This document shows, piece after piece, positions 50,818 to 59,500 of a stretch of DNA of 64,000 nucleotides (position 1 is the first letter of the stretch; each line of letters starts with the position of its first letter). This DNA is from Bdellovibrionota bacterium (GTDB lineage: Bacteria > Bdellovibrionota_C > UBA2361 > JBGSMV01): contig JBIKWF010000001.1 in assembly GCA_044356455.1 (NCBI GenBank), forward strand, positions 32,001 through 96,000, read 5' to 3'. The notes under the pieces were generated by a model, which was not told the DNA's origin, searched no databases, and saw nothing but the letters and a program-made list of their open reading frames with translations. A program made the position numbers and the translations under genes.

Positions 50818-51865
50818 GGCTAGAAATTTTACTGCGCACGAGGACGGACGCTTAGATCGTCTTGTGGCAAGCTTTGTCTCCACTCTTCCTGAATTTAAGG
50901 ATCTGTCGCGTTCTCAGATCAAGCACTGGATAGAGGGCGGCATGATTGATGTCAACGGAGCGCCAGCTACCAAAGCGGGCACCCCGGTGAAGCAGGGTGA
51001 CCGGATTTCTGTTCGGGTTTTAGAGCTTAAAGCTCAATCGCTCGTTTCTTTTGATACCCCCCTGGATATCGTCTACGAAGACGACTCTTTGCTGGTCATA
51101 AATAAGCAAGCGGGGCTTTCGATGCATCCGGGCGCTGGGAATAATGCCACCACGCTCGTCAACGCGTTGCTCGGTCTCTTTCGCGCGAGAGGAAATGTTC
51201 CAGAGGCGCTCAGGCAGGACTCTTCGGTTTCTGTGGCAACTCATGGTGCCACGGTAGTTCGGCCGGGGATTGTTCATCGGCTTGATAAGGACACTACTGG
51301 TCTTGTGGTGGTGGCAAAGACGCTGCAAGCCCACACCGCGCTTGCCAAACAGTTTGCTGAACGTAGTGTGGGAAGACGCTACGTGGCACTGGCCTTTTGC
51401 ACTCCTCGTGGGAAGCGCCCGTTTAACTTGCACGATCAGGGAAAAATCGACGCGCCACTTCTTAGGCACGCGACTCGGCGTAAGGAGATGACAGTAGCGC
51501 CTTCCCCGAAGATCCCTGGCAAAGGAAGTGAGGGGAAAAAGGCCATCACTCATTGGAAAGTGATAGAGAGATTGGGGTTCGGTTGTTTGGTGGAGGCGCG
51601 GCTAGAGACGGGCAGGACGCATCAGATACGAATTCACTTCACGCATATCGGCTGCCCCTTAATTGGCGACAAGACCTATGGGGAGTTTTCTGGCTTACCT
51701 CTTTCTCTGAGGCGATTCCATGAGGGGCTGGGAAGGCAAGCTCTACATGCAGGAGTTCTCGCCTTTTCTCACCCCGTCACTGGAGAGCGGCTTAGCTTTA
51801 GTGCAGAAATACCGGCCGATATGCGCGAGGCCTTGGATGCCTTTAGGAAGTTTAAACTGCCATAG
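50810..51865 (+). CDS. rluD: RluA-family pseudouridine synthase with S4 domain
   Basis: RLD..SRS S4 domain, GIVHRLDKDTTG, LETGRTHQIR, QALHA; upstream of pgeF. Confidence 0.92.
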   Translation: MSEARNFTAHEDGRLDRLVASFVSTLPEFKDLSRSQIKHWIEGGMIDVNGAPATKAGTPVKQGDRISVRVLELKAQSLVSFDTPLDIVYEDDSLLVINKQAGLSMHPGAGNNATTLVNALLGLFRARGNVPEALRQDSSVSVATHGATVVRPGIVHRLDKDTTGLVVVAKTLQAHTALAKQFAERSVGRRYVALAFCTPRGKRPFNLHDQGKIDAPLLRHATRRKEMTVAPSPKIPGKGSEGKKAITHWKVIERLGFGCLVEARLETGRTHQIRIHFTHIGCPLIGDKTYGEFSGLPLSLRRFHEGLGRQALHAGVLAFSHPVTGERLSFSAEIPADMREALDAFRKFKLP

Positions 51866-51874
51866 CGAGCGTGC

Positions 51875-52660
51875 ATGTCTTCCGAGGTTGAAATATTCTC
51901 TTGGGTGAACTTCGGGCAGCATAAGGCCTTAGTCTTTCGGCCCTGGTGGGAGCAAGGCTTTTCGCATGGATTTCTTGGCGCGAGTTTGCGCTTTGACAGC
52001 GAGAGTATGCCGAGGGATGCACGCGAGATTTGCCGCGTCGTAGGCGCTGATTCGCTCTCGCTCGCTCATCAAGTGCACGGAACGGCCATCATAGAGGGGT
52101 CTGACTTGCCGGCTCCTGGCGCTTTGGATTGCCCTCAGAATCTTGGGGAAGGAGATGGTATTGTTTTCTTGAGGCCCAATGAGCCAAAGGCTTCTTTTCG
52201 GGTGTACGGAATTAGAACCGCCGATTGTCTTCCGCTCATTATGAAATCAGGCTGCTACTTTGCACTTGTGCATGCAGGGTGGCGAGGGCTGAGCGCAGGC
52301 ATAGTCCAGGGAGCGTTAAATAGGCTTGGGGCCCTCTCGGGCGTGACGACGGGCATAGAGGTCGTGATAGGTCCTGCCGCGAGTGGTGCTCGTTACGAGG
52401 TGGGGAGCGAGGTGCTTTCGGCCTTCGAAGGGGCAGTCTCGCGCCCCGTGGGAGAAGGGAAATTTCTGCTTGATCTTGCGGCTACGTGCCGGCGGTATGC
52501 TGAGAGCCTTGGGGCCAAGGTCGCGTCCTGCGAACAATGCACCATTTCCAATACCTTCTGGCATTCCTATCGTCGTGATGGCGCTCTTGCGGGTCGGAAT
52601 TTAACCTTTGTCTCAACCTCACAAGCCAAGGAACCTCTGAAATACTTCCATTCTCAATAA
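51875..52660 (+). CDS. pgeF: YfiH/PgeF laccase-domain protein
   Basis: QVHG, TADCLP, HAGWRG, IGP, CT..SYRR. Confidence 0.92.
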   Translation: MSSEVEIFSWVNFGQHKALVFRPWWEQGFSHGFLGASLRFDSESMPRDAREICRVVGADSLSLAHQVHGTAIIEGSDLPAPGALDCPQNLGEGDGIVFLRPNEPKASFRVYGIRTADCLPLIMKSGCYFALVHAGWRGLSAGIVQGALNRLGALSGVTTGIEVVIGPAASGARYEVGSEVLSAFEGAVSRPVGEGKFLLDLAATCRRYAESLGAKVASCEQCTISNTFWHSYRRDGALAGRNLTFVSTSQAKEPLKYFHSQ

Positions 52661-52749
52661 ATCTCTGTGTATCTCTGTGTCCTCTGTGGTGAAATTTTCA
52701 CGAAAAAATTCAACACAGAGGTACACAGAGGAGAGTCTTCGGAGGTTCC
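52630..52749. mobile_element. MITE-like element, family 1, overlapping the pgeF 3' end
   Basis: GGAACCTCTGAAATAC ... GTCTTCGGAGGTTCC; CAA(G) on both sides. Confidence 0.8.
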
Positions 52750-52973
52750 CAAGTTAGCGAGCCGAACGTCCATTCTGTGGAAAACTCCTGCGAAAAATCT
52801 TTATCGAAGCAATACAAGGCTTCTGCGTTACTTCGGGTGAGAAAGTTCAGAATTTAGTGGACAATTTATTTCACCAATCTATATCTTGAATAAAGGCACT
52901 CTAGCCTGCGTCAATTGCGAGTTCGTTTAGCTCTTTACTAACTAGGAGATACTAAGTGGGGGAGAGAAACTGA

Positions 52974-53210
52974 ATGGAGAGCAAAGATCGTCAACGAATT
53001 CTAGGTGCGCTTCATACCAATTCCCAATTGAAGCGCCTTTACCGAGAGCATGAAAATCTGGAGCTCGCCTTGGAGCGTTATTCGCGGCGAGGTTTTCTCA
53101 CGGACGAGGAGCAGGCGGAAGAAGCCCGCCTTAAGAGATTAAAACTGAAAGGAGTCGACCGCATGATGGCGCTCCTTTCAGAAGGTGCGGTGGCTGCAGA
53201 AGCGCATTAA
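52974..53210 (+). CDS. DUF465/YdcH-family small protein
   Basis: KRLYREHENLE...LKRLKLKGVDRM pattern; purine-rich RBS. Confidence 0.8.
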   Translation: MESKDRQRILGALHTNSQLKRLYREHENLELALERYSRRGFLTDEEQAEEARLKRLKLKGVDRMMALLSEGAVAAEAH

Positions 53211-53231
53211 TGGTTTTTTTATTTGCGCGTA

Positions 53232-53376
53232 GCCTTATATCGACTGTCAGGTCTTTCCTGGCAGCACCTCACGAACAGATCACTCTGGGTGGGGCCAGCA
53301 TGGGATCGCTAGGTATCGTCCTAGGTTTCCTTGGGGACCCTCTAGGTGAATAAACTGAGCCGGTCGGCTCGTAGGC
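53232..53376 (+). ncRNA. Candidate small RNA (long irregular hairpin followed by a terminator)
   Basis: Nested pairings GCCT/AGGC, CGACTG/CGGTCG, TCAG/CTGA, CACCT/AGGTG, GGGT/ACCC, CTAGG/CCTAG. Confidence 0.35.
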
Positions 53377-53382
53377 AAAAGA

Positions 53383-53414
53383 GAAAGCCACCCTTCGGGG
53401 TGGCTTTCGTTTTT
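53383..53414 (+). terminator. Intrinsic terminator
   Basis: GAAAGCCACCC-TTCG-GGGTGGCTTTC followed by GTTTTT. Confidence 0.9.
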
Positions 53415-53426
53415 ATGCGCTCGGCG

Positions 53427-53580
53427 CTCCGGCCCAGGGTGCGCTGCCCCCTCTCGCCCTGGCCGGGCGTTCACCCCCAAGAGTATGCGCTCGGCAGTTC
53501 ATCGCGGCGCAGCGTTAGCGGAGCCGGACTCCGGCCCAGGAGGCTCTGCCCCCTCCCGCCCTAATCGGGCGTTCACCCCC
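53427..53580. repeat. Imperfect 52-bp direct repeat, two copies 102 bp apart
   Basis: CTCCGGCCCAGG-N5-CTGCCCCCTC-CGCCC-N-GGGCGTTCACCCCC at 53427 and 53529. Confidence 0.8.
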
Positions 53581-53629
53581 GAAGTTATTTTTGCAATCGG
53601 CAGTTTAGCCCAGGGGGCGCTGTCCACTT

Positions 53630-54318
53630 TTTCGCAATTCGGTCGGAAAAAATGCATGCCACGTGCCAGGGCGAGAGATCTTGCGGCACCGCGGGGACGC
53701 GGCGCCCTACCAAGATGCCGCACCCCAGGTAGGGCGCGCCGTTCCGCCTCTGCCAGTAGGCGACGGCGCGACGCGCGCCCCAGGGTGCCGCAACAAATGC
53801 CACGGGGCATCCGCGGATGATAGCAATTTCGCAATTAGGTCGGTGGACAAATATATGCCAGGTGCCGGGACGTGAGATCGTGCGGCACCGCGGGGACGCG
53901 GCGCCCTACCAAGATGCTGCACGCTAGGTAGGGCGCGCCGTTCCGCCTCTGCCAGTAGGCGACGGCGCGACGCGCGCCCCGGCGTGCCGCAACAAATGCC
54001 ACGGGGCATCCGCGGATGATGGCAATTTCGCAATTAGGTCGGTGGACAAATACATGCCACGTGTCGGGACGTGAGATCATGCGGCACCGCGGGGACGCGG
54101 TGCCCTACCAAGATGCTGCACGCTAGGTAGGGCGCGCCGTTCCGCCTCTGCCAGTAGGCGACGGCGCGACGCGCGCCCCGGCGTGCCGCAACAAATGCCA
54201 CGGGGCATCCGCGGATGATGGCAATTTCGCAATTAGGTCGGTGGACAAATATATGCCACGTGCCGGGACGTGAGATCATGCGGCACCGCGGGGACGCGGC
54301 GCCCTACCCAGATGCCGC
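53630..54318. repeat. Tandem array (period 197-199 bp, about 3.5 units) of paired GTAG-type REP palindromes
   Basis: TTCGCAATT anchor at 53631, 53828, 54027, 54226; each unit has GTAGGGCGCGCCG (+) and GTAGGGCGCCGCGTCCCCGCGGTGCC (-). Confidence 0.93.
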
Positions 54319-54337
54319 GCCACTACCCCTTTGGGGC

Positions 54338-54370
54338 AAAAAAAAAGGACCGCACGAGGCGGTCCTTTTT
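54338..54370. terminator. Bidirectional intrinsic terminator
   Basis: A9-GGACCGC-ACGAG-GCGGTCC-T5, 20 bp after the stop of the minus-strand ORF. Confidence 0.88.
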
Positions 54371-54389
54371 AGCTATGCGATGCGTTCAA

Positions 54390-54701
54390 TTACGCCGCTC
54401 TGCGGCGCGTCGAAATTCGATGCGTTGCATTCATAATGGCATAGCGCGTTTTTTCAGGATCGAAACCCAGGTGCCGACAAATCGCGCGGAAGGAGAAGAC
54501 ATACTCCTCTTCTTCGTCATGCATGTATTCAATCGCTTCTTGGAGAAATTCTCCGCCCGAGTGAAAATCTTCTACGGTGCGAAGGATGATCGCACGCATA
54601 AGCTCGTTGATAGGATTGTAGCCATTGCCGCCGTGGAAGGCCATGTCCATGGTAGGAAGAGAATCACTTCTGCTCACAGGGGACCCCGCTGACTCGTTCA
54701 T
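54390..54701 (-). CDS. Small hypothetical protein (FSFxxICxxLGxDP motif)
   Basis: Protein-like ORF followed by a terminator; start ambiguous among several Met. Confidence 0.75.
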   Translation of the reverse strand: MNESAGSPVSRSDSLPTMDMAFHGGNGYNPINELMRAIILRTVEDFHSGGEFLQEAIEYMHDEEEEYVFSFRAICRHLGFDPEKTRYAIMNATHRISTRRRAA

Positions 54702-55131
54702 CGCGTGAAACCTTTTTGAAAACCCGTGAGCCCTCTCAACATTCGCTGACCACATGGCCAGAGGACGAGAGGTGATTGCGCACCAAAAAAAACAAGCGCT
54801 AAAAGGATAAAATAGGACACCTCTAGCGCGGCTCGTGTAAGAAGCCTCTCATTGCCGGTCACAACCGCCCCAGCAATCAGAACTCACTGAGCGTTATGTC
54901 AGGACCTGTGCGGGGTGTTGCATATTCGTAGGTAGGCTAGTCAACTTTCTTAGATTGCTAATTCTTGAGTGGTGTTAGGTGCTTAGGTGTGACTTGCCGA
55001 TTTTTTGTGAAAGTTTATTTGAATTTAGGGCAACTATTTGAGGGCGCCTAGGCGCAAACTGGGCGAAATCCAGTACTTTTCTTGAGAACGCCGAAATCCC
55101 AGTGCCGAATTTTCTAGGCAGCTCGTGAGGC

Positions 55132-56166
55132 CTACTTTACGCGCTCAAGGACATACTCCATCAGGGCATGCAGGACTTTTTGGGGGCCTTTTTCAAAAGG
55201 CTTCGTGCAGGCTGCTTCTGCAGAGTTCAGGGCTTCGTCTGCTCCGGCAACAAACCTTTGGGCAAGTTCCCGAGCTTCCCGAATCACGGATCCGCTTCTC
55301 AGTTCCTTAAGGCTGGCAGCTACCCACGCCTCCTCCTGCTCAAGCTCCACTGCCGTAGCGGTTTCAGTCTGAAGGGCGGGCGTGCGGAGCCGCGCGGCTC
55401 CTGGGGATCCTGACGCGAGCCACAAGACATTTACAATCGAGGGCTTTCGCTCGCGGAGGTCCTGGCCATTCTTCTTGCCAAGGACTTCTTCGTTTGAAGT
55501 TACGTCAAGTACATCGTCGAGAATTTGAAAGGCGATGCCAAGTTTTTCACCGAAGTCACCAAGATGGCGAGTAGCCAAATCTCCCGCGGCGGCGATATGA
55601 GAGGCGGTTTCGCCCGCAAGCCGAAAGAGCGCGGCGGTCTTTTTCTTAGCAATGGTGAGGCTTGTTTCGAGTGTATGAGCTTGCTTGGCCAAGCTTACCT
55701 CGAGAATTTCCCCCTCGGTAAGTGCGACGCAGGCTTCTTCGGTGCGTTCAATTACGTACCTGTCGAGCCTGGCACACAAGCCAAACGCGCGAGTAAGCAG
55801 GAAATCACCTGCCAGTAAGGTATTTTCAGAGCCAAATGCAACGAGAGGAGAAGCCTTGTGCCTTCTTAAGGGGGATTTATCTATGATGTCATCATGGAGA
55901 AGAGTCGCCATGTGAATGAGTTCTATTCCTGCAGCAATATCGATAAGCTGACGTCCTTCTTTCGTCTCTTCAAACGGGGCGTTTAGGCCGCAAAGCTGTC
56001 CGCACAAAATAGCGAGCATGGGGCGAATGCGTTTTCCGCCCAGGGATAGTAGGTAGGTGCTAATCTCTTTAAGCAGGGGAGCGTCTGAAGCAAACCGCGA
56101 CTCGATAAGAGCCTCTATGCTTGAGAGTCCGGGGAGTTTTCCAAGTAGACTAAGTGCCGCGCTCAT
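55132..56166 (-). CDS. Trans-polyprenyl diphosphate synthase (IspB/HepT-like)
   Basis: GGKRIRP, LLHDDIID, KTA, FQILDDVLD. Confidence 0.95.
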   Translation of the reverse strand: MSAALSLLGKLPGLSSIEALIESRFASDAPLLKEISTYLLSLGGKRIRPMLAILCGQLCGLNAPFEETKEGRQLIDIAAGIELIHMATLLHDDIIDKSPLRRHKASPLVAFGSENTLLAGDFLLTRAFGLCARLDRYVIERTEEACVALTEGEILEVSLAKQAHTLETSLTIAKKKTAALFRLAGETASHIAAAGDLATRHLGDFGEKLGIAFQILDDVLDVTSNEEVLGKKNGQDLRERKPSIVNVLWLASGSPGAARLRTPALQTETATAVELEQEEAWVAASLKELRSGSVIREARELAQRFVAGADEALNSAEAACTKPFEKGPQKVLHALMEYVLERVK

Positions 56167-56185
56167 AGCAAAAAAACTCGCCTAG

Positions 56186-56372
56186 GAGTGTGTCCCGTAA
56201 AAACTCGAATCTGCATTTTGGACACAAGCCGCAAGTAGGTTGTCGCGCAAGCACCGCCACATGTTGTGGCCTGAGTGAGTTAGACCCACACAGTGAATTA
56301 GGACCACCAGATAGCTGGATACCTAACTAGGTAATTGTGCCTAAAATGAACATTACCTTTACGGGATACCTC
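56186..56372. mobile_element. Possible MITE-like element, family 3
   Basis: CTAG|GAGTGTGTCCCGTAAA ... TTTACGGGATACCTC imperfect terminal inverted repeats; single copy in the window. Confidence 0.45.
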
Positions 56373-56394
56373 CAGAGTGGCAACACAGTTACAA

Positions 56395-56472
56395 TGGCGT
56401 CCCCAAGGGGATTCGAACCCCTGTTACCTCCGTGAAAGGGAGGTGTCCTAGACCGGGCTAGACGATGGGGAC
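56395..56472 (-). tRNA. tRNA-Glu (anticodon TTC)
   Basis: GTCCCCA/TGGGGAC acceptor stem, CCTCC-CTTTCAC-GGAGG anticodon arm, GGTTCGAATCC T-arm, encoded CCA. Confidence 0.98.
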
Positions 56473-56617
56473 GCACGCTATAACTAGTAACCCCCTTAAA
56501 GAACACGAGCGTCTTTACTCAGACAACGGGCCCCCAGAGGTTGAGGGCAGGAGCATATGCGATAGGTTCGCCCGAGGCAACGGATGGGAGAGGAAAATTA
56601 ACATCAAATGCGGGGCT

Positions 56618-56870
56618 TTAGCCTGGTTTGCTCACGGCCCTTCCGGGCCGAGAGCAAACCAGGCTAACTAACGCCCGGAAGGCGTTAGCAAATTTTGACC
56701 ATCGGGAGCATCGCGCTATTGGCGCGTAGAGACGCGACGGAGCGCATCGGAGGGCGACGCCGTGCTCGCGGCGCTCGCAGGTGCGCGATGTTGGAAATCG
56801 GCCCGGATGGCCGATTTCCAACAGTAATCTCACGGACCCGAAGGGATCCCGTGAGATATAACGGTTAGAG
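56618..56870. repeat. Multi-hairpin intergenic element, family 2, copy 2
   Basis: Colinear with 12076-12304, with compensatory substitutions in the stems. Confidence 0.85.
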
Positions 56871-56934
56871 GGTTATAAGTAGTAATCTGACCGCCCCGAC
56901 TCACTAAACGGGGGGGGGCTTTTGAAATCTTGGC

Positions 56935-58122
56935 ATGAGTTTTAAGCACGTACCATTTTCGGCATTAGAGCGCTGGTCGGCCCTGGCAGGACTTGACCTT
57001 TGTGCAGTTCAGAGCCCGGTCGTTACCCTAAGCGAGGATATCGCTAGGCTGACGTCTTGGCAGGCGGCCGGGCGGGCGGGTGAGCTTTCATATATGTTGC
57101 GCGATGGGGACCTTCTTGGCGTGCCTCTTAAGCTTCTCCCGAGTGCGCGTAGCCTTGTGTCCTTCGCGGTCTTCTATGATCGAGGGCCAGGAGCCTCCGG
57201 GCCACTTCCGAAGGGCTTTGGTAGGGTGGCTCGCTATGCCTGGGGGCGGGACTACCATAAGGTCCTTAAAAAAGCGCTCAGGCGGTTTGTAGAAGCTGCG
57301 GAGAGGGAACTTGGCCGGACGATTGAGGCGCGAGTTTTCTCGGACGCAGTGCCACTTTTAGAGCGTGCCGCAGCGAGAGCCTCTGGCCTCGGTTTCGTGG
57401 GGAAAAATACCATGCTGATTCGCTCTGGGGGGCTTGGTTCCTTTTTCTTTATTGCAGAAGTTCTTTGGGATCTTGCAGTAGAGCCAATGCCCGAGGGCCA
57501 GCGCAGCGAGGGCGGTTGCGGGGCGTGTTCGCGTTGCTTGACTTCCTGCCCCACGGGGGCCTTTGTAGAGCCTTACGTGCTCGACGCTCGGCGTTGTTTA
57601 TCATACCTGACGATAGAAAAGCGTTCTTCCCTTTCCCTAGGTGAGCGCAAGGCACTTGGGGAATGGTTGTTTGGCTGTGATATCTGTCAGGACGTGTGCC
57701 CCTTTAATGCCCATGCCTTAAAACAAGAGGCCGCGCCAAGTATTCCTGAACTGTGTCAGGAAGAGGGAGTGGGGCCGGTGATAAATCTCGCGCAGGTCTT
57801 AAAATTGAGAACAGATGCGCAGTTCCGCTCACGCTTTGAAGGGACTGCGCTTATGCGTGCGACGCGCCCCGGACTTCTTAGGAACGCCGCAGTCGTAAGC
57901 GCGAATACGCAGTCCGAATCGACGAGTGAGGCTCTTCGTGAGGCCCTGTCTGATTCTTCTGATTTGGTGAGGAGTCACGCCCTCTGGGCAATTCTCACCC
58001 TTGGAGAGAATTGTAATGCTTTGCCCAAATCTGTAATGCGAGAAATACTAAGCCATGCGGAGCGAGACCCCTCGGAAATAGTGAGGGAGGAGGCGCGCCT
58101 TTGGAGTCAGGTGCACGAATGA
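56935..58122 (+). CDS. queG: Epoxyqueuosine reductase
   Basis: ARYAWGRDYH, LERAAA, GKN, CGACSRCLTSCPT, CLSYLTIE, FGCDICQDVCP. Confidence 0.96.
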   Translation: MSFKHVPFSALERWSALAGLDLCAVQSPVVTLSEDIARLTSWQAAGRAGELSYMLRDGDLLGVPLKLLPSARSLVSFAVFYDRGPGASGPLPKGFGRVARYAWGRDYHKVLKKALRRFVEAAERELGRTIEARVFSDAVPLLERAAARASGLGFVGKNTMLIRSGGLGSFFFIAEVLWDLAVEPMPEGQRSEGGCGACSRCLTSCPTGAFVEPYVLDARRCLSYLTIEKRSSLSLGERKALGEWLFGCDICQDVCPFNAHALKQEAAPSIPELCQEEGVGPVINLAQVLKLRTDAQFRSRFEGTALMRATRPGLLRNAAVVSANTQSESTSEALREALSDSSDLVRSHALWAILTLGENCNALPKSVMREILSHAERDPSEIVREEARLWSQVHE

Positions 58123-58757
58123 AAATGAAGAAGATGGTAGCTCAGGCTACGTTAAAGAGCCTTAGGGTAGGGCGTTGTGCGGCAAGTATCATGCTGCTCG
58201 GTTTTCTCGTGAGCTGCGCACCAGGACTTGGGACATCGTTCAATGTTTCCAGCGTTGAGACGGTCCCGGTGGAGTCGCGAAAACTTCTTACCGGGCTACG
58301 TGTAAGATTTGCTCCCTTCGTCGACGAGCGCCGCGAGAAAGAGGTTGCCGAGATTGATGGACGAGGTCTTGAGCCAGAGCGCGATCCGGCCGCAGCGGCT
58401 CAAAGAATTGTGGAAGCACAGTTTAGGGAAGCTGGAGTGAGGAGGGGGCTTTTTGAGGGCGCGACCATTCGCGGCACATTGCTTGAGTGGCATATTCGCA
58501 TTACCCCGGGGTTCCCAAGTACTAAAATGCATGCCTCGGCTAAGATTCGTTTAGAGGTGCTTGCGGTGGGGGAGGATCCTGCGCAGGCAAAGCCGCTCTA
58601 CAGCGCAAGATATTCAGGGATAATCGACGAAGAGCATCCTATTGGTTCTACTGAGCGTATAGAGCGCGCCTTTGCTCGGGCAATGGCTGAGGCAGCTTCG
58701 GAAGCATTGCAAGATTCACGCTTTGTGGCAGAACTACAGGGGCGTAGCCCGCAATGA
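58119..58757 (+). CDS. Hypothetical lipoprotein (YajG-like)
   Basis: Lipobox LVSC; FVDERR motif; ATGA overlap with queG. Confidence 0.65.
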   Translation: MKMKKMVAQATLKSLRVGRCAASIMLLGFLVSCAPGLGTSFNVSSVETVPVESRKLLTGLRVRFAPFVDERREKEVAEIDGRGLEPERDPAAAAQRIVEAQFREAGVRRGLFEGATIRGTLLEWHIRITPGFPSTKMHASAKIRLEVLAVGEDPAQAKPLYSARYSGIIDEEHPIGSTERIERAFARAMAEAASEALQDSRFVAELQGRSPQ

Positions 58758-58768
58758 TTGTCTGAAAT

Positions 58769-59500
58769 ATGTCCCTCTCCGTTTTTCAAAAGTTCTTATC
58801 GAGAGTCCGAAAGCCGCGCGTGTGCGTGTATACCGCGCTCATGCAAGAGTATGACCGTTTGCACTTTCAGAAATTTCTCGGCGAAGTCCCGCTGCTGTGT
58901 TTTACGGACTCTGAAACTTTGCACTCTTCTCAATTCCAAGTGCAGAAAGTTTCTCGAACGCTCAGCGATTCAGTGAGAGAGGCGCGCCTTTATAAAGTCC
59001 TTGCGCATCAGGTGCTTCCTCCCTGCGACATTAGTATTTGGATGGATGCAAGCTTTGAGTTCCAATTGGAAAGAGACATTGCTACGTGGGCTGTGGAGTC
59101 ACTCCAGGGCCGAGCAATTGCAGTGCTTGAGCACCCGACCAATGATGATGTGTACTGCGAAGCCGAGCGCTGTCTCCAGACGAAGCGGGATCTTCCCGAG
59201 GTCTTAATTGACCAGGTAGCGCGCTATCGCAGCGAAGGGTTTCCTCCTGGCTCTGGGATGGTGGCAACAGGCATTATCGTTCGCGACCACCGCAAGCCTG
59301 GGAGTCTGCAATTCTGTGAGGCCTGGTGGAAGGAGATTCTCCAAGGAAGCCGGAGAGATCAGGTAAGTTTTAATTACGTAGCCTGGAAAACGGGAATCCC
59401 TTTCGCGCATATTGAAAAATTACAGGCCATAGATTGTTTTCGAACTTCATTTGGACAATTTCACGACCACCTTACTCAAGAGCCTCAATCGCGCCAATAG
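58769..59500 (+). CDS. DUF616-like glycosyltransferase
   Basis: VYTA..YD, CFTD, KVLAH, SIWMDAS, SRRDQVSFNY. Confidence 0.85.
   Translation: MSLSVFQKFLSRVRKPRVCVYTALMQEYDRLHFQKFLGEVPLLCFTDSETLHSSQFQVQKVSRTLSDSVREARLYKVLAHQVLPPCDISIWMDASFEFQLERDIATWAVESLQGRAIAVLEHPTNDDVYCEAERCLQTKRDLPEVLIDQVARYRSEGFPPGSGMVATGIIVRDHRKPGSLQFCEAWWKEILQGSRRDQVSFNYVAWKTGIPFAHIEKLQAIDCFRTSFGQFHDHLTQEPQSRQ

Noticed and set aside
53244..53268. SRP RNA (TCAGGTC...GCAGCA resemblance)
   Set aside because: Lacks the CCGGAAGG GNRA tetraloop helix of SRP domain IV
53630..54318. CRISPR array
   Set aside because: Units are about 199 bp and near-identical throughout, with no unique spacers and no cas genes
53485..54436. Several overlapping Arg/Ala/Pro-rich ORFs
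   Set aside because: Translation products of the GC-rich REP array, present in multiple frames and on both strands
56254..56269. NrdR box-like palindrome CCGCCACATGTTGTGG
   Set aside because: Single imperfect site with no ribonucleotide reductase gene nearby
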